From positions 90,001-122,000 of the forward strand of contig JBGQBI010000004.1 of NCBI GenBank assembly GCA_041494705.1: a DNA stretch of 32,000 bases. The letters are read 5' to 3'. Origin of the DNA: Candidatus Methanoperedens sp. (lineage in GTDB: Archaea; Halobacteriota; Methanosarcinia; Methanosarcinales; Methanoperedenaceae). A program made the position numbers and the translations under genes. Of this stretch, positions 25,917 to 32,000 are shown one piece after another. The notes under the pieces were generated by a model that saw only the letters and a program-made list of their open reading frames with translations, searched no databases and was not told where the DNA came from. The stretch's first letter is position 1. Each line of letters begins with the position of its first letter.

Positions 25917-27332
25917 TCACCCTATCATTTTTCTATAGGACGACCACACAATTTCAAATAAATGCATTTTTTTTAATGCACCTATTAAACTATATTTTAA
26001 TAATTCTGATATATTTTTAGTATAAAGGGAATAATAAATAAAATAGCAGTTATAATAATAATTGATTTGGGACGTTGTTAGTTGTGGGTAATTCAATATC
26101 GATTTTTCATAATATGTATCGATTTTATTTTTTTTATCAAGCACTACCCAGTCATTCTCATAACAGAGTTCTCCCAATTTGGTTCCGCGGAATGGATAGA
26201 AAACGGAGACTTGTATAGCATCAGGTTTTATTTGGGAATTGAGAACTATTGTTTGTTTGATATCCGCTGTAGTTTCGAATGGCAATCCAACCATATTAAA
26301 AGAATACGTTTCTAAATTATACTTCTTCGCAAGCTTAAAGGCCTCAGTTATTTGGTTGTTCGTATTATGCCTATTTAAAACTTTTGAGCGTATTTCTTCA
26401 CTTCCGGATTCTATTCCTATCTGCAATCTTTTGCAACCTGCATCAGCGATTTTAGATATTAAATCTTCTTGGCAAGTTTCAGGGCGGGCATTAGCATAAA
26501 AAGGCAAACCAATTTCTTTTTTATATTTTTCGGCAAATTCGGTTATCCATTTTTTGTTTAAAAGCATGGTATCGTCATAAAACCCGATGGAGTTGAACTT
26601 GTAAATTTTCTGAAGTTCCTTAATTTCCTCTATCACCCTGTCAACCTTACGAAATCTGACATATCTATCCTTCACAGGATACAAGTTTCTCACATGCTCA
26701 TTTATACAATATGTGCAGTTAAATGGACACCCCCGACTGCACATGATTCCGATCTTTTTAAGTGCGCCAGTCTCACTATTGCCGCTAAACTCATGACCCA
26801 CGATGGTCTCTTCATCAAAAATCGACCTATCCGGAAAAGGTAAACTATCAATGTCTGGAGGGGAATCAAGCTCATTTCTAATAATTTTATCGTTATCTTT
26901 AACCCAAATCCCTTTTATTTCATCAATTTTTTTGTTGTTTTCCATTAAACGTACAAGATTTGTAAGAGTTTCTTCCGCCTCGCCCCTTGCCACATAATCG
27001 ATGCTGGATAAATTGATAATCTCTTCAGGTGCAAGAGTTGCATAAGGTCCACCAACGATTATTTTTGCATTAGACTCTTGTTTAATTATCTTGCTCAGTT
27101 TCTCCACATATTTAGCCCCGAATTCAGTTATAGAAAAACCAACAAGGTCCGGATTAAATTTTTTAAGTTCTATTAAGACTTTCTCAATGTAGTTTTTTTT
27201 ATCTCTTTTCTTTAGATGAATCAAATTTACTTTATGCCCATCTTCTTTTAGAACCGCTGATAGGCTGGCAACCCCTAGCTGGAAATCCCCCTTTTCACTT
27301 TCAAAGTTTGGGTAAATAAACTGGATTCTCAT
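25917..27332 (-). CDS. B12-binding-domain radical SAM protein (class B-like), paralog 3
   Basis: 471 aa. The N-terminus is MRIQFIYPN...QLGVASLSAVL..VNLIHL..PDLVGFSITE..IIVGGPYATLAPE..DYVARGEAEETL.... The cluster motif is CSRGCPFNCTYC. Its start overlaps the upstream GT4 stop (ATGA), and its stop is 4 nt from the start of paralog 2. Confidence 0.9.
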   Translation of the reverse strand: MRIQFIYPNFESEKGDFQLGVASLSAVLKEDGHKVNLIHLKKRDKKNYIEKVLIELKKFNPDLVGFSITEFGAKYVEKLSKIIKQESNAKIIVGGPYATLAPEEIINLSSIDYVARGEAEETLTNLVRLMENNKKIDEIKGIWVKDNDKIIRNELDSPPDIDSLPFPDRSIFDEETIVGHEFSGNSETGALKKIGIMCSRGCPFNCTYCINEHVRNLYPVKDRYVRFRKVDRVIEEIKELQKIYKFNSIGFYDDTMLLNKKWITEFAEKYKKEIGLPFYANARPETCQEDLISKIADAGCKRLQIGIESGSEEIRSKVLNRHNTNNQITEAFKLAKKYNLETYSFNMVGLPFETTADIKQTIVLNSQIKPDAIQVSVFYPFRGTKLGELCYENDWVVLDKKNKIDTYYEKSILNYPQLTTSQINYYYNCYFIYYSLYTKNISELLKYSLIGALKKMHLFEIVWSSYRKMIG

Positions 27333-28468
27333 TTTATTCTAACATTGGTTTCATAGATTTTAATGTATCTATCTGCTATTGACTCCCAATCGTACTTTTT
27401 CTCTACCAGAAGCCTTCCACATCGCTCCATATTTTCTTTTATCTCATTGTTCTCAAATAACCATACTATCTTTTCGGCCAGTTCATTGATGTTTTCTGGT
27501 TTAAAAAGTATTCCATTCTCACCATTACGAATTATTTCTGGAACCCCATCCACATCTGCCGCAATGATCGCTTTTCCAGCAGCCATTGCTTCAAGATTTG
27601 TGATCCCGAAGGGTTCTATTCTTGAAGGAAGAACGAAGAACTCACAGCCATTATATAATTTAATCACTTCCTTTCGCTCAACAAAACCAAGCATTTTTAC
27701 CCGTTCTTTCAGACCGAGTTCGTTTACCAAATGGGCACATATTTGCCATTCTTCACCTGTGCCTGCAATTATCAAATCAAGTTCCAGTTTTTTATCTGCG
27801 ACTTGTTTAAAGGCTTTTATCAAAATATCAAAGCCTTTCTTATGAACAAAACGTCCGATTGAAAATATGTATGGTCTTGCTTGAAGATATTTTTCTTTTA
27901 ATTCAAACTCCTGTAAATCAATACCATTAGGTATTGGCTGAGATTTATTTTGGATTTCCGGGGCAATTTGATTTGCATCGTTTAACAGACTTCTTGAACA
28001 TCCAGTTATAAAGTCAGCGCTATTTAATAAATTTTTCAATACCCCTTTGCATATTTTTGACTCATAAGGAAACTGCTGAACATCATTTCCATGCACACTT
28101 ACTACTAACGGGTAATTTAACAACTTTTTTGACAGTAGAGTATATGACCCATTCGCATATATAAAATGAGCATTTACTATTTCTGGCTTGACTCTTTTTA
28201 GCAACCAGAGTAATTTTATGTTTGCAATTATACCTAGAGTCAAAAAACCAAATATTGATTTAATTCGTAGTGTAGGTAAAATAAAATCCAATCTATATAT
28301 CTCTATACCGTCAATTAAATCTCGCGAAGCCAGATTGCGAGGTGTTTTCGCAGCAATTACTGTTACTTTGTGACCTCTATTTGTAAATTGTTTTGCTAGA
28401 TTGTAGACCACCATTTCTACCCCACCTATATTAGGCAAGTATAGATCAGTAATTAATATTATTTTCAT
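27329..28468 (-). CDS. Family 4 (GT-B) glycosyltransferase; first gene of the long minus-strand operon
   Basis: 379 aa. The N-terminus is ...LYLPNIGGVEMVVYNLAKQFTNRGH.... The C-terminal signature is ...FFVLPSRIEPFGITNLEAMAAGKAIIAADVDG.... A GAGGAA SD (plus 28476-28481) lies about 8 nt upstream of the ATG. Confidence 0.87.
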   Translation of the reverse strand: MKIILITDLYLPNIGGVEMVVYNLAKQFTNRGHKVTVIAAKTPRNLASRDLIDGIEIYRLDFILPTLRIKSIFGFLTLGIIANIKLLWLLKRVKPEIVNAHFIYANGSYTLLSKKLLNYPLVVSVHGNDVQQFPYESKICKGVLKNLLNSADFITGCSRSLLNDANQIAPEIQNKSQPIPNGIDLQEFELKEKYLQARPYIFSIGRFVHKKGFDILIKAFKQVADKKLELDLIIAGTGEEWQICAHLVNELGLKERVKMLGFVERKEVIKLYNGCEFFVLPSRIEPFGITNLEAMAAGKAIIAADVDGVPEIIRNGENGILFKPENINELAEKIVWLFENNEIKENMERCGRLLVEKKYDWESIADRYIKIYETNVRIK

Positions 28469-28652
28469 GGGATATTTCCTCTTTCTTCAGCGTAGTGGTC
28501 GTATTTGCAATTTCGACATTAATATTATGATTGATAGGAATCCTATTCCAGACTTTTTAATTGTATTATCCGCAAGTAAAATATTTATTATGCATTTTAA
28601 CATATAATATGTGAGATAGGTATAATAACATAGGGGTAATTTTAGTTCCGCA
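28469..28652. promoter_or_regulatory. Divergent promoter region for the minus-strand operon and the plus-strand membrane protein gene
   Basis: 184 bp very AT-rich spacer with several TATA-like elements (…acattaatattatg…, …aaatatttattatgcattttaacatataatatg…). The assignment rests on position and composition. Confidence 0.3.
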
Positions 28653-30353
28653 GTGATATATTTGATAAATTTATTAATGTACTGGTTTTATATCAGCATA
28701 ATCATTTTAATGTCATTTATTCCTGGCTTTGCCATTGCCAGCCGTTTCAAAAATCTAAGCGTTTTAGAGAAATTAAGCGTCAGTTTTGGTTTTTCTTTTG
28801 TAATTATTGTATTACTTGTACCTTTTTTTGCATTTAAACTTAATTTTATAGCACAACTCATTTTTATTTACATAATGATTTTTTCAGTATTGTATTTACT
28901 AAAAAAGAGATCAGAGTTAAAATTTGAAATAAACTCAAGGATTATAATGTCGGTACTAATTATCGGTCTGATCTTAAACTTCTTTCTCCAGACCCTCTGG
29001 GAATACCCTGTCACTGGCGGAGATTGGATTAGCCACACATTATTTATCCCATATGATTTTAATTCAGGTAATTGGACACTACCACATGACCGTACACCTT
29101 TTTTTAATCTTCTTATTTTTTCATATCATCATTTATTGGGTACATCTCTCTTCCAATACTGGATTTCACAAATCATCAGCGTGGTTGCAAACAGCATTTT
29201 TATTCTTCCAGCCTTTTTGATAGCGAAAAATGTATTTAATGATAAGGTAGCTAAAATATCAGCTGCTTTCATGGTTATAACGCCATGGCTTGTCTGGCAG
29301 TCAATTTATACATGGCCAAAAAACTTAGCGATGTATTTCATCCTACTTATGGTGTATTTTATGTTTTTCAAAAAGGAAAACAAACCTCTAAGTTATGGAC
29401 TTTCCGGTTTATTTGGTGCATTAGCATTTTTAACGCATAACTACACTATATTCTATATTCTCACAGCATTGCTGGCCTTTATTTATATCAAAAAAATTTA
29501 CCAACACCCTTTAATTATTCTTCAGGAATTGTTTAAAGAAAAATTTATTTATTTTTTTATTGTGATAGTAGTAGCAATAGTGCCGTATATTGTGTGGATG
29601 TATGCCTCTTATGGAGAAATAGTTAAAAGTCGTCTTCTTTATTATCCCTTTTCAGTTAACGGTTACGTGCAAGCGTCTTACAGTGATCCTCAGGAAATAT
29701 TCAATACTTTTTTCAAAACACCGATAAGTTCAATAATAGATATTCGGATTTCAAATGCGATTGTTACATTATTGCCTGTTGTGCTCCCGATTAACCCCAT
29801 TGCAACACATTTCCCAACATATTATCCAGCTTTATATTATATGCAAGATTATCCGGGTGGGCTTTCTTTTTTGATGTACATACTAGTAGTTATTTGGTTC
29901 TCAAGATACCTGTTTAGAAAAACAAATACGAATGCAGTTTTGGTAATTCTTGTTATAGTACCTTTTCTGGTAACCCTCTTCATAGCCGGATGGAAAGACT
30001 GGGGATTACTCACTTATGCACTGGGTCCCACAATTCCAATTTTAATAATGCTTGGAACTAATGAATTGTATGGATTTAAGACTTCATGGATTAGAACTGC
30101 ATATGCGTATTTAATGTTTATAGTATGCCTGATGGAAGGTTTGATTTTCGGAGTGCTTATCAATGATCTTTATTTGGCAACCGGTGGAATAAAGGATGTG
30201 ATAGATGTTGGCGCTCGCATTCCCGGCTTTCAAATATCTTCTTTCATTTCGGCTCACTTTTTATTGAAGGGAATTGAAGATTTTTCAACGAATGCGGCGA
30301 TATCCATTTTGATAATTATTGTTACAATATATTATCTGTCAAAAAAAAGCTAA
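28653..30353 (+). CDS. Polytopic membrane protein, GT-C-like (candidate lipid-linked-sugar glycosyltransferase or glycan polymerase)
   Basis: 566 aa with at least 12 predicted TM helices. The loop ...YPVTGGDWISH..., then ...RTPFFNLL...LGTS... and ...LAFLTHNYT... parallel the order of the DE / PPxxxL / FGxS / LTKxxA elements in the GT-C protein at 9202-11016. The family call is pattern-based only. The start (GTG 28653 versus ATG at codon 9) is uncertain. Confidence 0.55.
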   Translation: MIYLINLLMYWFYISIIILMSFIPGFAIASRFKNLSVLEKLSVSFGFSFVIIVLLVPFFAFKLNFIAQLIFIYIMIFSVLYLLKKRSELKFEINSRIIMSVLIIGLILNFFLQTLWEYPVTGGDWISHTLFIPYDFNSGNWTLPHDRTPFFNLLIFSYHHLLGTSLFQYWISQIISVVANSIFILPAFLIAKNVFNDKVAKISAAFMVITPWLVWQSIYTWPKNLAMYFILLMVYFMFFKKENKPLSYGLSGLFGALAFLTHNYTIFYILTALLAFIYIKKIYQHPLIILQELFKEKFIYFFIVIVVAIVPYIVWMYASYGEIVKSRLLYYPFSVNGYVQASYSDPQEIFNTFFKTPISSIIDIRISNAIVTLLPVVLPINPIATHFPTYYPALYYMQDYPGGLSFLMYILVVIWFSRYLFRKTNTNAVLVILVIVPFLVTLFIAGWKDWGLLTYALGPTIPILIMLGTNELYGFKTSWIRTAYAYLMFIVCLMEGLIFGVLINDLYLATGGIKDVIDVGARIPGFQISSFISAHFLLKGIEDFSTNAAISILIIIVTIYYLSKKS

Positions 30354-31786
30354 CCCTTTATCCAGAAGTCCATCAATTTTGATTCCAGCATAAATTTAAA
30401 AAAAAGATTTTTCACTCTGAATCTTGCTATGGGCTTATAAATATCAGAGAGGATTCCTTTCGAAGAATAAACCATCCCTCTACTTCCATGCAGGAAAAGT
30501 GAGGAATAAAATAAATACTTCAACATTTTCATCCTCTGGTCGGATATCCATGGTATATTACCATAGTTGGACCCACTCCATCCTTCCAGGGTGGATGGAA
30601 CTCTATATCCCTCATTTATCGCCTTACCGAAAATTTCTGTACCAGGATATGGTACGTAGTTGCAAAGCGGTGATGAGATTGCATTTGGTGAACCATCTAT
30701 TAATTCAAAAACTAATTCTACTGTTTTTTTCAGGTCTTCTTCAGTTTCTGTGGGAAAACCTGCCATGAAATTATACTGGCAGACAATATTGAATTTTTTG
30801 AGTTTTTTCGCCACCTCTCTGACCTGGGAAATTGTAATATTTTTTCTTACTAGATTCAAAATTCTCTCAGATCCAGATTCAATTCCAAAATGAAGTTTTC
30901 TGCATCCACTCTTTTCTATCAAACTTAGAAATTCATCATTCATCTTAATAGCTATTTTTACATTTATTCCCTGACTTTCCCATGTAAGATCCCAACCTTC
31001 TTTGATGATACCTTTTGCGATCTCTTCCACTCTTTTTAAATCTATGAAAAAATCATCGTCGACTATATATAAATTCTTAACACCATATTTTTCCACCCCT
31101 CTTTTTATCATCGCTAAAGTTTTTTCAGCAGATAAGGCCCGCCACTTTCTCTTGTTATATGCAGGATTGTAGCAATAGGCACAGTTATTCGGGCATCCTC
31201 TTGAAGTTTGTATGTTTAGTGTCGGTCTACCTTCAAATAATGGTAAATACTTTTTTACCTCAACCAAATGATAAGGTAGGTCTGGAAGTGTATTCAAATC
31301 AACAAAAGGACGTGGATTGTTGTTCTTGATTACACCGTTTGACTTAAACCAAACTCCTTCTATTCCATCTAATGCGATACCTTTATCCAGATGTTTTACA
31401 AGTTCATAAAAAGTGATCTCACCTTCGCCTGCAACCACAATATCAACGAATTCGTTTTCGAGAGTTTCAGCAGGCAAAAGACTTGGGTGAATACCTCCCC
31501 AAACAACCGGTACTTTCGATTCTTTTTTAACTATTTTGGATGCCTCTAAGCCATGTTTAATCTGCACTCCCGTCATTGACGTCACACCGACACAAATTAC
31601 ATCCTTCTTCAACTCTTCTTTCAGTGTGTTTTTCCATTCCAAATCAGTTCTTTGGTCAATTATTCTTACTTTGTATTCTTTTTCAACTAACGTTGATACA
31701 CATAACAAAGCAAGCGGTAGAGATGGTGATGTTCTCACTTCGTCCCAATCTCCTACTATCGGCTGAATTAGAATAACATTTCTCAT
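30350..31786 (-). CDS. B12-binding-domain radical SAM protein (class B-like), paralog 4
   Basis: 478 aa. The N-terminus is MRNVILIQP...PSLPLALLCVSTL..VRIIDQ..ICVGVTSMT..PVVWGGIHPSLLP..DIVVAGEGEITFYEL.... The cluster motif is TSRGCPNNCAYC. A GAGGA SD lies 5 nt upstream of the ATG. Its TAG stop overlaps the TAA stop of the convergent membrane protein gene. Confidence 0.9.
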   Translation of the reverse strand: MRNVILIQPIVGDWDEVRTSPSLPLALLCVSTLVEKEYKVRIIDQRTDLEWKNTLKEELKKDVICVGVTSMTGVQIKHGLEASKIVKKESKVPVVWGGIHPSLLPAETLENEFVDIVVAGEGEITFYELVKHLDKGIALDGIEGVWFKSNGVIKNNNPRPFVDLNTLPDLPYHLVEVKKYLPLFEGRPTLNIQTSRGCPNNCAYCYNPAYNKRKWRALSAEKTLAMIKRGVEKYGVKNLYIVDDDFFIDLKRVEEIAKGIIKEGWDLTWESQGINVKIAIKMNDEFLSLIEKSGCRKLHFGIESGSERILNLVRKNITISQVREVAKKLKKFNIVCQYNFMAGFPTETEEDLKKTVELVFELIDGSPNAISSPLCNYVPYPGTEIFGKAINEGYRVPSTLEGWSGSNYGNIPWISDQRMKMLKYLFYSSLFLHGSRGMVYSSKGILSDIYKPIARFRVKNLFFKFMLESKLMDFWIKG

Positions 31787-31948
31787 TTGTGTCCTCTATG
31801 CTCAATAAATAGAGTATATCGATATATAATTTTCCGGTAGTTAGTTATGTTTTGGTAACCGCTATTTCTGCATGCATTGCGAAAAATTTATTACCTGCAA
31901 ACTGCCACTAGTGCTACAAGCTTGGGAAAGATCAAATTTCAAGAAAAG

Positions 31949-32000
31949 ATGCGAAAAAAAATCGCATTAAAGGATTTGAATATGAAAAAAACAATTGAAT
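31949..32000 (+). CDS. Possible 5' end of an unidentified gene running off the window
   Basis: In-frame ATGs at 31949 and 31982 (MRKKIALKDLNMKKTIE...). The second is preceded by AAGGA 7 nt upstream. The fragment is too short to identify or to confirm as coding. Confidence 0.2.
   Translation, partial: MRKKIALKDLNMKKTIE

Noticed and set aside
28526-28606. 26-codon ORF (MIDRNPIPDFLIVLSASKIFIMHFNI) in the divergent promoter region.
   Set aside because: It has no RBS and sits in a very AT-rich region where short ORFs arise by chance. It overlaps the likely promoter elements.
30350-30352. TAG stop codons (rSAM paralog 4 at 30350, rfbB at 19687, methyltransferase at 16927, the small ORF at 21762) as possible pyrrolysine or read-through sites.
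   Set aside because: For the two cases I traced (30350 and 21762), read-through would add only 5-7 codons before the next stop. I did not trace 19687 or 16927. The proteins already end where their families normally end, and no pyl genes or PYLIS-like context are visible.
7622-31786. The four radical SAM proteins as RiPP (peptide) maturases or as archaeal lipid-modifying enzymes (GDGT-type).
   Set aside because: They have no SPASM/twitch Cys cluster and no RiPP recognition element that I can see. There is no plausible precursor peptide gene apart from one weak 34-aa ORF. No lipid-biosynthesis gene is nearby, and every neighbour is a sugar-pathway or glycosyltransferase gene. A lipid role cannot be formally excluded from sequence alone, but context favours glycans.
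31949-31967. Inverted repeat ATGCGA-A7-TCGCAT overlapping a candidate start codon near the window end, and a small AGGCT-gca-AGCCT palindrome at about 750-762.
   Set aside because: The stems are only 5-6 bp, with no conservation information and no adjacent T-tract or known motif. They are compatible with chance in AT-rich intergenic DNA.
1-32000. CRISPR arrays, tRNA/rRNA genes, and transposases, integrases or IS inverted repeats flanking the low-GC segment.
   Set aside because: Intergenic space is minimal, with the largest gaps at 125-215 bp. None of it shows regularly spaced repeats or cloverleaf-compatible GC-rich stems. No ORF resembles a recombinase.

Overview
Archaeal chromosomal window, diagnosed by ribosomal protein L10e, GatE and the oligosaccharyltransferase AglB. 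It probably comes from a methanogen/ANME-type euryarchaeon, but the lineage cannot be proven from sequence alone. Bases 1-2.7 kb carry housekeeping translation genes. From aglB (2735-5293) to at least 31.8 kb the window is one dense, nearly gap-free N-glycosylation / surface-glycan island. It holds five GT4 and one membrane GT2 glycosyltransferases, two GT-C-like polytopic membrane proteins and a Wzx/MOP flippase. It also holds a dTDP-sugar branch (long-form RmlA, RmlB, an SDR, a DegT aminotransferase), a tyvelose-epimerase-like SDR, three class I SAM methyltransferases and a hexapeptide acetyltransferase split by a frameshift in a G8 tract. The stand-out feature is four paralogous B12-binding-domain radical SAM proteins (7622-9145, 24404-25912, 25917-27332, 30350-31786) interleaved with the glycosyltransferases. 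Two of them sit inside a roughly 12.7 kb, 13-gene, translationally coupled minus-strand operon (28468 down to 15762). I read this as a candidate undescribed glycan-tailoring system: cobalamin/radical-SAM chemistry on nucleotide- or dolichol-linked sugars. Function is inference only. Secondary oddities are listed here.
- A TRASH/L24e-like zinc ribbon is inserted in a GT-C enzyme.
- An SDR has Asn where the catalytic Tyr should be.
- The flippase's conserved N-terminus lies upstream of any canonical start codon.
- GC content is patchy: about 45-55% on the left and about 22-40% in sampled lines on the right.
- Some convergent genes have touching or overlapping stop codons.

No rRNA, tRNA, CRISPR array, transposase or integrase was recognised.
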